DNA from: Schizochytrium sp. TIO01
Lineage: Eukaryota; Protista; Bigyra: Labyrinthulomycetes
Direction of reading: 5' to 3'
Assembly (NCBI GenBank): GCA_004764695.1
Contig: SMSO01000037.1
Location: 906,747-970,746 of the forward strand
DNA length: 64,000 bases
The position numbers and the translations under genes are program-made. Below are positions 22,507-33,579 of this stretch, piece by piece (the stretch's first letter is position 1; each line of letters starts with the position of its first letter). Below the pieces are notes generated by a model. That model was not told the DNA's origin. It saw nothing but the letters and a program-made list of their open reading frames with translations, and did no database searches.

Positions 22507-23823
22507 TTCGTGACACAACCTCTAGAGAAAAATAGAACTTGTAAGTTTTTTATTCTTTTTAGTACTCATGCCTACTAGTTCCTGCCTAAGAGGTAATAGA
22601 GCATTGTCCATCAAAACGCAATTTATGCGACGACTAAAAGAGCAAAGAAAGAAGAAAATGTAAGAGAAGAAGTAGGTAGCAGAAGAGAGGTGAAACGACT
22701 TAGTGGGCAACTCGAAGTTTCCAGGCAGACCTCGAAATCGCCAGCTTATTATAGCTCATGTCGTCGAGCACAGCAGAAATCGCTAATCGCTCCTCTCCCT
22801 CTGTTTTGCCTGTACCTGGGGAGACACGATTCCATTTGGTAGTGCATCTGCCTGGTTTCATTTTGGTTTATGAAAGTAGTGAAGTACGGATGCTACATTT
22901 TAACCCTTACTAGGTCCTGATTGTTTGCATTCCATTCTCGGGCTCTTCATCGCAACCGAACACAAGGCGTTCTCTTCGCGAGGAGAGTTCGAGCTCTCCT
23001 CTCTAATACCCCCCGTCACGGGGAGATGCGCTTCCTTCAAGTTTGTCTGCATGCATTCCGGACTCTGCAACATGCAATCTGCAACCTGCAATTTTGATCG
23101 TAAAAGTAGGTACCAATGGCCTTTTTTATTTCTTTATTTAAAGTTGGAAATTTATTTCTTTATTTCTTTATGAGTTTTTATTTATTAAACTTGAAGCTAA
23201 GTAAGTTGCCTACAATATGGCTAATAGTCTATCTACTCGAAACTAGTAGCAGAGCACCACTACTAGCATCATAGCAGTACCCTAGAGAAGGGCACATGAG
23301 CGGGTTCCGCAAAGGTTCTGTATACGTTCTGTGTTGCGGCGGGACTAATTTGAAGCCTACCCATAGGTTGCTCTAGCAACTATGAATCGATGTGAAGGTC
23401 GATGCTCTTGCTGGAGAAGACACCAGGTTCTGCCAAGAGTTCAAGGAAGCTGCAAAGGACAGGGACGTTCAGCCACGGAGCTTAAGAACTAAGAAGCAGA
23501 GGGTCGCTTACGGAGTGCAGTGAACTTGTAAAGGGTCGCGGACTTCCTCTGATCTTACAGTGCTTTTATGTAAAGGTAACAAAAGGGCGAAGAGAAGATG
23601 AAAAGTGAGGCTCTGAAGAACCAAAAGCTACGCAGACGAACTCGAGAAGCAAAACCTCAATTAGGCTTGACAGCTGCACTGCGATTGGTGACAGCGCGAG
23701 AGGACTGCAACGTTGCGAATAAGAAGGGTAAAGTTGCGAAGAGAGTAGAGACCTGCGACACCAGATTGCTTAAGCACGTTTGGTTAGACGGCGCGAACGC
23801 AACAAGGATATTTTGCTAGAACC

Positions 23824-24231
23824 ATGTCGGCACTTGACTTTCGCTCGGGTATCTCTGGAGCTCTCCTTTGGGGCTCTACGGCATACATTCTTAACCAGCT
23901 CTTGCCTCTTACAAAGGACTCAGCGAGTGGAACTTCCGTTCTGAATGCTATGTACCTTGGCATGATCCCTACCGCCATCGCCACATATGAGATTTTCTCG
24001 CGGCTGAGCGGGGCCAACCCTAACGATGTGGATGGCTTGAGAGCTACTGCTGTTGGCCTTTCCACTGCTGCGGTGCTTGAAGGTCTCACCTTCTCCCTTG
24101 CGCCACAGCTGTATGGCGAAACTGCCCAGCAGCTCCGTACAAGTGGTGGTATCCTTTTGTGGGGCATTGGCGTATTCTGCGCAACTGCAGCCTGGCGCAC
24201 TCGCAACGCTTTGATGCAATACGGCAAGTAA
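23824..24231 (+). CDS. Small four-TM membrane protein (possibly DUF5367-like)
   Basis: 135-aa ORF with a good start context (accATGtcg), four hydrophobic segments and a C-terminal GGILLWGIGV pattern. The family assignment is from recall only. Confidence 0.7.
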   Translation: MSALDFRSGISGALLWGSTAYILNQLLPLTKDSASGTSVLNAMYLGMIPTAIATYEIFSRLSGANPNDVDGLRATAVGLSTAAVLEGLTFSLAPQLYGETAQQLRTSGGILLWGIGVFCATAAWRTRNALMQYGK

Positions 24232-25225
24232 AGAACATTTAATCAGGGCACCTTGAAGCCCTTTGTTACATTTCATTTGCCGCAGTTGTGATCTACAATC
24301 CCAAGAAGAGATCTCTTCCCACCCAAACCTAACCTATATACCTGAACTTTCCCTTGTAGTATTGTAGTACAGCTGTAATTTCTTCACTTGATCAACATTC
24401 CCGTATTATTGTCCCGAGCTTCCTTGCTGAAAAGCATTTCACAGTGAGGGGTCATTGAAGTTGTCTTGAACATATTTTTTCCATCACAGTACATTTCCCT
24501 AGAATTAGCACAAGACTTGCCACATGATTTCCGACAATTTTGTTATAGATATAAACGATCTGCTTTCATGCAGACACGCTCCTCCCGGCCATTCCGCTTT
24601 GATCTCCCCCGGCAAACAGTCCTCTCTAGTCATTATAGGCAGCTATCAACCTCATGATGCCTTAAAGTCTTTGTTAAGTGCGCATACTTAGTGCTGCACT
24701 GCTCGTCTTTGAGGGAGAAAAACCTCCACGGAACAAAAATCTGACAATATATGAAGGGGCGTCTTATACATAAGCACCTATCTAAATCTAGTTTAAACCA
24801 GAAGTTGGTGGTAATCTGGACTTTACTCTAAGTGTCAAAAGAACAGGCTGATATACTCTGTAACTTTAAGAGAAACCAACACATTATTCACTGTTAACTT
24901 ATCCTAAAAACACATCAGTTCTCATTATATATATAAACTTAGAGAGCATTCACAAAGTTTTGTAAGGGGTATTGAAAACATGCTTGTATAGTACCATTCA
25001 AAAGAATAAGGTTCTTGATGTCTGGTTTCAATATTCAATTTGTTTTACCGTGAACGTGGCAGAACAAATAATTCAAATTGAAAATCAAAACGCGCACTTC
25101 AGACCGTGGTTTCTAGTATACTATGTATAATTTTTATCTTTATTTGTTCGAAGTACTAAAAAATAGGTTGAAATAAAAAAATCACAGTCTCAAAAGCGCA
25201 TCTGGCAGCAATAAGGTTGACTGCG

Positions 25226-27034
25226 ATGGGGGATACCAACGATGGTGCCACGCGTGCTGGCATCCTTGGGTCGGCGATGCGAGGCGCCTCGTTATTGGTG
25301 TCCGTGCAATTACTTTCCCGAGCCTTGACTTTTGTGCTTAATGTTGCCTTGACACGTCACCTTGAGGATCCTTCGTTGCTCGGCGTCTCTTCTGTGCAAC
25401 TCTATCTTCTATACACTGTTGTGCTCACGTTGGCTCGCGAAGGAGTGCGGCGCACATGTCTTCGAACCGCTGCTACGCGTTCCGAAACGGACGATATTTC
25501 GGAAGCGCAGCGATCGTCAGATCCGGCACTCTCCAAATCTTCCTCACCTGCAGAGCAAAACTTGAAAAGTTCCGCATCACGAACTCGTCAGGACCTTGTG
25601 AATTTAACATGGTGGGCAGTCATTGCAGGGTGGGTCGGTACACCACTTGCGTGCCAATGGTTCATATGGTCTGCTGATCCCAAGGCGCTGGAGACTATTC
25701 CTTTGAATGATTACGTACATTCGATTTACATTGTGGGTTTAGCGATAGCCATGGAACTCCTCAGCGAACCGATGTTTGTCGCTGCGCAAGGCCAGCTTGC
25801 TTATGGGAAAAGGTCGGCATTTGAAGCCATTGCAGTTACTGCACGGTGCTTAAGTACAATCTATTTTGCCGTATTCCTCCACATGGGGTTGCAAGCTTTT
25901 GCAATGGGATACCTTGCATATGCCTTAGCCTTGATCATTTGCTACGGGGTACACTTTATCAGGGAACCTACTGTGCCAGGTAACCCTACTTCAATTTGGG
26001 AGCTTCAATGTCTCGGGGATTTGGCTCCTAGCGATATGCTTCGGGTACGCGATGCAGGTCTGTTTAGGCTTGCTGCCAGCATGAGCTTTCAGCAAATTTG
26101 GAAGCTGGTGCTAGCAGAGGGCGAGAAAATGGTAATGGTGACACTTGCTACAGATGCCTCAGATCAAGCAGTATATGCACTAGTATTCAATCTTGGATCC
26201 CTGATCGCTCGTTTTGTCTTTTTGCCGATTGAAGAGACTGCCTTTGCCGTTTTTGGCAAGCTGAATGACCTTGCTTTACATAAAAAACAAGATGAAAACA
26301 TCAGTGAAACTCTCTCTGACGCTGCTGATGAAGATACTTCTGATCCGGCGGTAATGACTCCGCAAACCTTAGTGTCTTTATTGTGTCGTGCAATGACCCT
26401 GTTAGGCATGACCTTTGTAACATTTGGTCCTAGCTATTCTCACTTTCTCATCAGTTTTCTCTATGGGTCACGTTGGAGCGAACAAACCGCTGCTCCGGAG
26501 GTCTTGGGGTATTATTGCGTTTATGTACTTGCATTAGCTGTAAATGGAGTTACAGAAGCATACGTGCATGCTGTTGCTGACGATGCAACACTGCGTCGCT
26601 TTAATGGATGGCTGTTTCTTTTTTCTGTCATTTACTTAGGAAGCTCTGCGCTACTCGTGCCATATGGCGCACCTGGATTAATTCTTGCAAACTCAATTAA
26701 CATGGGTATGCGGGTGGCATTTAGTGTGCATTTCATCACAACTCAGCAACATGGCCAACACCATGAATTAGCAAAACATCGCGTAAACGTTGGCGATTTG
26801 TTTCCCCGCCTTGAATCAATCGTTGCTTTCCTTACCGCGGCTGCATTCGTTCATTTATCTTCTGCAAAAGTATACAATCGGTTTGCGTCCTGGACTCGCG
26901 CATTTCTTCATATTGGCGTAGGCGCCTCTCTACTAATAGGCTTGGTCGTTTTTCTAGGTTTTTTTGCAGAGCGCAATTTTGTCCGGACTGTACGAAAGCT
27001 GCGCGCAGAGATGCAGAAGTCGAAGCAAGCTTAA
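25226..27034 (+). CDS. RFT1: Man5GlcNAc2-PP-dolichol translocation protein RFT1
   Basis: QLLSRALTFVLN, LAREGVRRTCLR, ELLSEPMF, KLVLAEGEKMV, YALVFNLGSLIARFVFLPIEE, AVNGVTEAY and GLILANSINMGMR are RFT1 family motifs; multiple TM segments. Confidence 0.95.
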   Translation: MGDTNDGATRAGILGSAMRGASLLVSVQLLSRALTFVLNVALTRHLEDPSLLGVSSVQLYLLYTVVLTLAREGVRRTCLRTAATRSETDDISEAQRSSDPALSKSSSPAEQNLKSSASRTRQDLVNLTWWAVIAGWVGTPLACQWFIWSADPKALETIPLNDYVHSIYIVGLAIAMELLSEPMFVAAQGQLAYGKRSAFEAIAVTARCLSTIYFAVFLHMGLQAFAMGYLAYALALIICYGVHFIREPTVPGNPTSIWELQCLGDLAPSDMLRVRDAGLFRLAASMSFQQIWKLVLAEGEKMVMVTLATDASDQAVYALVFNLGSLIARFVFLPIEETAFAVFGKLNDLALHKKQDENISETLSDAADEDTSDPAVMTPQTLVSLLCRAMTLLGMTFVTFGPSYSHFLISFLYGSRWSEQTAAPEVLGYYCVYVLALAVNGVTEAYVHAVADDATLRRFNGWLFLFSVIYLGSSALLVPYGAPGLILANSINMGMRVAFSVHFITTQQHGQHHELAKHRVNVGDLFPRLESIVAFLTAAAFVHLSSAKVYNRFASWTRAFLHIGVGASLLIGLVVFLGFFAERNFVRTVRKLRAEMQKSKQA

Positions 27035-27381
27035 GATATAGCGCTGCCTGTCGAGTGTAAAGCACACGCACAAAAAGACATAAAGAAAGAAGCAGAAGAG
27101 AGGGCTGCGGTTTCAAGGACATGACTCTGTTCGGACCATTTTGTAGAATATTTTTTTCGTCAAGAACACAAATCTATCATTATTTGCTATATTATAAAAT
27201 ATAAAAGTTTGATTGAAAGAAAGGATCGAAACAAGCATTATAAATTGATTTATTCATATTTCATCTATATACGTTGGAGCAATCTTCAAAGCTACCGTCT
27301 ATACAAGGCCAAGTCCAGATTTGTTTCAAGGATTTTCAAGCAACCATTACATGTATGCGACGCTACACATGTGCAGCATCA

Positions 27382-28470
27382 TCAAAAAACGCGCCACGAC
27401 GAGTGTGACGCGTCCTTAAAGGACTCTCTTCGTGTGATGGGGCTTGGCTTCTCCGGCATTGGCGCCGAAGAATATGCTGGGCCTGGCTTGCCTTGCGGGT
27501 TCGCTGGAGCAGCAAATGCTGCAGCCACGGTCGATTTGGGGCCAAGACCTGAAGCCTCAGAAGCACCAGTAGCTACACCCACAGCAACTACGTCTCTAAC
27601 AGGGTCAGCTTCAACCTTTCCATCCTCAGCGTCCTCTTCTTCATCATCGTCATCGTCATCATCATCGTCAAGGATATTGCGGCGCTTTTCGCCGTCATCG
27701 TTGTCTTCTTCGTACCCAGTTTCGTCGAGTGTAGCTACGCCACCACCCATAGTTTTGGCATGGTGTACTTCGTCATCACCACAGCTTGTGTTCTCGTCAC
27801 CATCGTCTTCATCATTCTCCAAGACCTCGTCCTGCTGGTGCTGCTGTTGTTGGATATTGAAAACAGAGTCATCGTTGGCGTTGATTTCACTCGAGTTTGT
27901 TCCGTTATCTTCCATAGTGTTGCTCTGATCTATCTGAACGTCGTCGTCGTCGAAGACGTGGGTGTCAGCAGGTTCCGTGAGAAGGTCCAGCGAGGACGGC
28001 GTATGCTTCAGCTGTCGAGATGAAAAGAGCGGTCCCACAAGCGAGTGGTTTCTTGAAATCTTTCTCGGTCTCTCCACAAGAGCGTCTTCGTCATCGATAA
28101 GAGCATCCTCAATCCCAGAGGCATTCTGCGGATAAGTTGTAGACGCCAGCGAAGCTAAGGATGGAGTCCTTGCCTGCTTCCTTCCGAGAGAATCGCTGGA
28201 GATGCTGCTGGGTCCTTCATTGCGGTCGCTATCGATAAAACCTTCCATGCTTTCATTGTCAATGGCATCGGGGTTCTTGTTGATGTCGTTGTCGTCAACG
28301 TTGTCGTCGCCGGCGAGGCCAGGAAACATAGCCAGCGTGTTTTGACGAATCAGCAACGGTGCGTTGCTATCTTCAAGATTAGGTTCGACGGCGGCAAGCT
28401 TGCGTGACCGAGGTTTCGGGAACGGCGTCACAGGCTCCACCATTCTTGCTGTCGCTGCTGTCTCTGCCAT
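27382..28470 (-). CDS. Hypothetical acidic, low-complexity (probably disordered) protein, 362 aa
   Basis: Long ATG-initiated ORF with an accATGg context, poly-D/E and poly-Q tracts and coding-like codon use; no recognisable domain. Confidence 0.75.
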   Translation of the reverse strand: MAETAATARMVEPVTPFPKPRSRKLAAVEPNLEDSNAPLLIRQNTLAMFPGLAGDDNVDDNDINKNPDAIDNESMEGFIDSDRNEGPSSISSDSLGRKQARTPSLASLASTTYPQNASGIEDALIDDEDALVERPRKISRNHSLVGPLFSSRQLKHTPSSLDLLTEPADTHVFDDDDVQIDQSNTMEDNGTNSSEINANDDSVFNIQQQQHQQDEVLENDEDDGDENTSCGDDEVHHAKTMGGGVATLDETGYEEDNDDGEKRRNILDDDDDDDDDEEEDAEDGKVEADPVRDVVAVGVATGASEASGLGPKSTVAAAFAAPANPQGKPGPAYSSAPMPEKPSPITRRESFKDASHSSWRVF

Positions 28471-29368
28471 GGTCGTCTTCGCGTTCTGAGCTTTGCGGAA
28501 TTGCTTCTCAAAATGGTGCTGTCGCTTTCTCCATTTCTTTTGAAGAGATGAATTCTGATCTTTAAAGTTTCATACGCTAAGCACCCATTAAGGTTTACGC
28601 TAACAAACCCGCAAGAAATAACAAATTGGATGTTTTCTTTCGAGATAAACAAACACCTAAAACTATTGTGGAGCAGAAAATCAACAATCCGAGGGTGAGT
28701 CAGTCGCGCACCCGAGTCTTTCTACGCAGCCTCAAGCAGGCCCAAGAAGAACTGCTGGGAGTCGAAAGAGGGCTAGCCTCAGGGCCCTCCCCCGCCTCCT
28801 CCAAGGCTTTGTCGTCCACAGGAAAGCTCAAGGCCTTCGCTTCGCGCCCGCCGCGTGCTGTGGTTCGTTCTTCTCTTGTTTTTCTTATCCCATCCATACA
28901 ACAATGACAACTCTAAAAAAAACATTTCTGTTGTTTATTTATAAACAAACCAAACAACTTTGAAGAGAAAAACAAAAAGAAAAACAAAAGAAAAACAAAA
29001 GAAAAACAACAAAAATAAGCAGAAAAATAAGAAAAACACTCTTTTCTTCTTCTTTTCATTAATCCGTAAAAATGAATCGATCGATCGTAGACGAGTTCTT
29101 CTGTCCTGGCGCTTCTTCTTCTCTTGCTCTGGATCGACAGGCGCATGGCAAGCAGCGACCGGGGCGTTGACAAGGCGGCGCGCGTGCTGCTACTGCTCCT
29201 GGCTGCCCAGCCCGCTTGGAGAGGCTGCCTGTAGCGCCGAGGGCGTCAATCCAAGCCAACTGCGTGTTCTGGACGTACATCATGATCAGCCCACTCGAAG
29301 GAACCGGTGCAGAACGGACACAGAACCTCATGATTCTGCTCTCTTCTCATTAGTTTTGGCTTCTCACT

Positions 29369-29450
29369 GAACATTCGTGGAATGAATATCATTCGTGGAG
29401 TGAACATCATTCGTGGAATGAACACCATTCGTGGAGTGGATATCACTCGT
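29369..29450. repeat. 18-bp minisatellite, ~4.5 copies (consensus ~ATCATTCGTGGAATGAAC)
   Basis: acattcgtggaatgaat-atcattcgtggagtgaac-atcattcgtggaatgaac-accattcgtggagtggat-atcactcgt. Confidence 0.85.
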
Positions 29451-29606
29451 CCATCCAACCGAGATCCGTCACCGAGTGCTACCCTGATTCGCTCATTTTG
29501 CTGTCGCTGCTGTGGCACCATTTGCTTGTTGTCTTTCCTGATGTCCTTTCGTATGCTCGAAGCTGGAGCCATCAAAGAATGCCAAGGCGGTCAACTTTGT
29601 GTGTGG

Positions 29607-29607
<1 letters not shown>

Positions 29608-29651
<44 letters not shown>
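29608..29651. repeat. (CAAT)11 microsatellite
   Basis: Perfect tetranucleotide run read directly. Confidence 0.95.
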
Positions 29652-29652
<1 letters not shown>

Positions 29653-30205
29653 CTGCAAAGCAGCAAGGCTTGATCAACTCTCTGGCGGCCCTGCATTAAT
29701 TCCGTTGCTGCTTGCTCGGGGACAAGAGGTCTCAGCAAGTCCAAGTCAAAGTTCGTTTATCTCAACCTTACATTTACACTGCATTTCCGTTTCTACGATT
29801 GGCATTGATTGAGGTTCTTGTCATATATAGTTCGTATGTATTCTTCCTCTATAATCTGTAATTCGATACTACATCGCTATTCTCATGTATGTGTTCATTC
29901 CCCTATCTACCTACTAGAGTGAAGTAGCCTAAGCTAGTCTTACTGCCAGGTAGTGGTTCGTTCCATTAGCAGTAGGTTCCTGTTCTGTTGCAATTCTTTG
30001 CGCCATGGCGATGATTTTGGTCACAATTTGGGGCCCATGGAAAGGAGTTAAACTACAGGAGCTGATTAAAATACAGCCCCTCATTTTAGGACATCGCTCC
30101 ACATTGTGATACATACATGAACAATTAATTGGTTACCTAACAGTAACAGAGGTGATTGGCATTGCCGCAGTTCACTCGTGCGGAAAGAAATTCCTTCGCT
30201 GGACG

Positions 30206-31471
30206 ATGCAGGCACTCCTTTCTGCCTCGCCTCGCGTAGGCCTCTTTCGCGCGGTCAAAGCCCCCGCGATCTCTCGCCAAGTGTCGTGTATTGGCTCAGG
30301 AATTTATGCGGGCGCTCCGCGAGCATGGAGGTCTCATGAGTGGACGGCGACCTTGACCACCTCAAGCACCCCGAGCTCCACGAGCTCCCTGGGCTCCTCG
30401 AAACCTTCAGACAATTCGACGACCTTAAATTCTTCAGACGAGTCTTCGAAATTGGTTTCTGGTATAACGAGATTGTCAAAGGCTGGCAAGGCAAGCAGCC
30501 TGGGAGATGATGCAAACTCCAGCGTACTTGTTGGAGATACATTTGAGGATTCTAGCAAAGGAATGACTGAAGATGAAGAAAATTCGACTATACAAGAGCA
30601 GGGTAGAACAACTGTTCGCCTTGCTAAATTTATGGCGAATGCAAGGTTCGCGTCTCGAAGGGAGGCCGAGCGAATGATCAATGAAGGCAAGGTTCTCGTG
30701 AATGGGGTTCCAGGAGATGTGACGACCTTCGTAACAGATGACGACAAGGTCACTGTTGAGGGTGAGCGAATTGTCAGGTCTGAAGTGGCAAGGTTTCACG
30801 GTGATGTTTTCTTATGCTATAAACTGCGTGGCGAACTTGTAACGTACAATGATCCAGACGGACGACCCACGCTGTTCCAGCGTTTGGAACAGATGGGACT
30901 GCCTAAAAATCTCATCTCTGTGGGCCGCCTTGACTTTGAAAGTGAAGGCCTGATCCTGCTCACCACAAACGGAGAATTTGCACGATACATGGAGCTTCCA
31001 GAAAGTAACATTGTTCGTAAATATCGTGCTCGCATCATCCGAGGTGTCTTTACAGAAAAACATCAGCAGCGTCTCGTGCAAGGAATTACTCTCCGGAAGG
31101 GCGTTGAGTACCGACCTATCGTCGCTGTCGAGCGTCATACAGAGCACAAACACAAAGCTAACATCCGTAAGGACCATTTTAAGCTCAAAGGCAAGAAGCC
31201 AGTGGAGGAAATTCGTCACCAATGGCTTGATGTTCTCGTTACCGAGGGCAAGTATCGTGAGGTCCGCCAGGCCCTCGCCTCTATGGGACTTGTCGTCGAT
31301 CGCCTGATTCGTCTTGAATACGGTCCTTATGCCCTTGGTCAGATCCAGCGTGGCGATGTTCTGCGGGTAAGTCGTCGGGATCTGCTGGCAAAGGCCGATC
31401 GTAAACAAAAAGCGAGACAAGGTAGAGCCAAAGCGAAGGCAAAGAAGAAGAAACCCGTGGACAAACAATAG
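30206..31471 (+). CDS. RsuA/RluB-family pseudouridine synthase with S4 domain, probably mitochondrial
   Basis: S4 domain VRLAKFMANARFASRREAERMINEGKVLVNG; YKLRGELVTYNDPDGRPT, catalytic SVGRLDFESEGLILLTTNGE, EGKYREVR and LIRLEYGPY. The N-terminus after ATG 30206 is Arg/Ser/Ala-rich and acid-free, consistent with a transit peptide. Confidence 0.93.
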   Translation: MQALLSASPRVGLFRAVKAPAISRQVSCIGSGIYAGAPRAWRSHEWTATLTTSSTPSSTSSLGSSKPSDNSTTLNSSDESSKLVSGITRLSKAGKASSLGDDANSSVLVGDTFEDSSKGMTEDEENSTIQEQGRTTVRLAKFMANARFASRREAERMINEGKVLVNGVPGDVTTFVTDDDKVTVEGERIVRSEVARFHGDVFLCYKLRGELVTYNDPDGRPTLFQRLEQMGLPKNLISVGRLDFESEGLILLTTNGEFARYMELPESNIVRKYRARIIRGVFTEKHQQRLVQGITLRKGVEYRPIVAVERHTEHKHKANIRKDHFKLKGKKPVEEIRHQWLDVLVTEGKYREVRQALASMGLVVDRLIRLEYGPYALGQIQRGDVLRVSRRDLLAKADRKQKARQGRAKAKAKKKKPVDKQ

Positions 31472-32583
31472 TTAGTTTTCTTCAACCCATCGAGGATAGA
31501 AGTTTCTCACTTGCTAGTCAGATGAAGCTTCACTCGATTTACGGCAGAGAAATGAGATCCAATCAAACCCGTGTCCTCTTCCCTATTCTACATTTGCATG
31601 TTGCCGTTTCATGTAATTCATCGTAAACAAATTCCTTTAAACAAGCTTTCTTTGAACTTTCGATTTAATTTTGGGATGAGCATTAGATATAATCAGGGAC
31701 CTTTAATCGTTTGGGCTTACACCTATCATGAGTTACGATTAAAGGATGTCATGTTTATCTTGATGCTTGTAGAACAATTTTTGAAAAGTCAGCTTATCTC
31801 CGCTCGATGCTCCAAGCCAACGAGACTTCAATTATGATTCTTAAACACAAATTTTAGTTAGATGCAATAATGATAACATGTATTGATATAGTATGCCAAC
31901 GTTCAAGCAAAAATTTTAACAATTACTGGATGCTTAATCAATACTGTTAAGATCATTTTTTCCCTTTTAATGCATGTCAACTTCACCAGTTGTGCTATAG
32001 TTTGAAAGCATATACGAGCTACTACCATAAATAAACAATCCACATGGCTTTCCATTTCTTTTCTTTTTCGAGGACGTGAAAAATCAGAGACAGCAATCAA
32101 AGACGCATAAAACATCGAGAGTTGCGAGAGAATGGTTTTATTTCTTATTACATAAGGAAGGATTTTCTAAAATCTTAAAGAAATAAGGAAAATAAGAATA
32201 CAGGTACGATAGATAGATATCTACCAACGTTTACATTGCGCTCTTCCTCCACGTTGGAGCTGAAATAGACTAAAAAATTAGAGACATAAAAGAGAAGAAA
32301 TTATGTTATAATGTATCATGTTCGGTTTCCAGATGTGTAGCAGAGTTGAGGATAAGGAAAGGGGGGGATGCAATAGCTTCGCAATTAAAGAGCAGTGCAT
32401 CATTTCTAGATTGACTGACTTTATTGCGCTCTTATAGCTATAGCTGTTTTTATTTTATCAGAGCTTTGTTCAACGGCACTGGGTTACAAAATTGAATTCC
32501 ACGTGAGCTTAGCGAGTGCGGTTAAGAAATCTAGATTCAGCCGCGCGCTAAGGAATTAGCAGATGTTCGAATAGACTAGAGAT

Positions 32584-33579
32584 TTAATAGGACATGACTT
32601 CGACATCACTGCCGAAAGGATCAAAACGAACGGAACCGTGCCCATTCATGTATTGCGTGCAATCCCTGCCGAGGGCATCAACAGCGCGACCAACAATGAT
32701 TACAGCCGGGGACTCGACAGACTCTGCCTCGCAGATGGCAGCAATTGTCTCCACAGTGCCACGAACAGTGCGCTGCCTGCTTGTGGTGGCTTTCTCGACG
32801 ACCGCTACCGGGGTGCTAGAAGGGTATGCCAAGTGAGGCATAGTCAAACGAGACATGAGCTTCTCCATACGGCTAACAGACATGAGAAACACAGAAGTAC
32901 GACCAGCATAGTATGGAGCCACATCCCGAGGCACAGTATCGTTCATGCCGTGACCAGTAGCTACCTGCAGCTGATCCGCCACGCCGCGGGTTGTTACAGG
33001 AATGCCAGCAGCCAACGGTGCGCTGAGACAACTGGAGATGCCAGGAATGACCTCTACGGCAAATCCAGCACGACGAAACACCGCAATTTCCTCGCCTCCA
33101 CGACCATAAAGAAAAGGGTCGCCACCCTTGAGCCGCACAACATCAAGTCCTTCCTGAAGAGCAGCGAGAGTCCACTCGTGCAATTCATCTTGAGCTTTAT
33201 TGGCGCAACCTTTGTACTTGCGGGAAAGCACAAGACGGCCATTTACAAGCGCAAGGATATCCTCCGGTACAAGGAGATCTGCAATGACCAGGTCTGCCTC
33301 TGCAATTGCCCTTCTAGCCGCAACCGTGAGTAATGCTGGGTCTCCAGGTCCTGCTCCTACAAGTCTGCAGCGAGCGATTCGCCTAGGATCTCTGGACTGC
33401 CTTGAGAATAGCAGCTGTGCACGATGCGCAACTCTTTTTGCAGCAGACCTCGTGCGAAGACCATACCCTGCGGCCTCCCACCAGCTGCCCAGCGCAAAGT
33501 AGAAGACAACGGCGAGCACCGTCACGAGGTTGTCGAGGACAGGCGCATCGAGGCTTGGTAGGCCAATATCAAGGCCCAT
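32584..33579 (-). CDS. cobA: Uroporphyrinogen-III C-methyltransferase (SUMT; CobA/CysG-A/MET1-type) with N-terminal hydrophobic segment
   Basis: LVGAGPGDPALLTV, VVRLKGGDPFLYGRGGEE, VIPGISSCLSAPLAAGIPVTTRG, TPVAVVEKAT and SPAVIIVG. Confidence 0.93.
   Translation of the reverse strand: MGLDIGLPSLDAPVLDNLVTVLAVVFYFALGSWWEAAGYGLRTRSAAKRVAHRAQLLFSRQSRDPRRIARCRLVGAGPGDPALLTVAARRAIAEADLVIADLLVPEDILALVNGRLVLSRKYKGCANKAQDELHEWTLAALQEGLDVVRLKGGDPFLYGRGGEEIAVFRRAGFAVEVIPGISSCLSAPLAAGIPVTTRGVADQLQVATGHGMNDTVPRDVAPYYAGRTSVFLMSVSRMEKLMSRLTMPHLAYPSSTPVAVVEKATTSRQRTVRGTVETIAAICEAESVESPAVIIVGRAVDALGRDCTQYMNGHGSVRFDPFGSDVEVMSY

Noticed and set aside
22975-23030. GAGGAGAG-TTCGAG-CTCTCCTC hairpin resembling a tRNA T-arm, plus a CCCCG..CGGGG hairpin
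   Set aside because: The loop is 6 nt rather than 7, and no acceptor, D or anticodon arms can be built; not a tRNA.
27209-27928. 239-aa plus-strand ORF with poly-Ser
   Set aside because: Antisense mirror of the poly-Asp/Glu region of the 27382-28470 gene; non-ATG start.
29369-29450. Short direct repeats considered as a CRISPR-like array
   Set aside because: The repeats are head-to-tail with no unique spacers, the context is eukaryotic and there are no cas genes.
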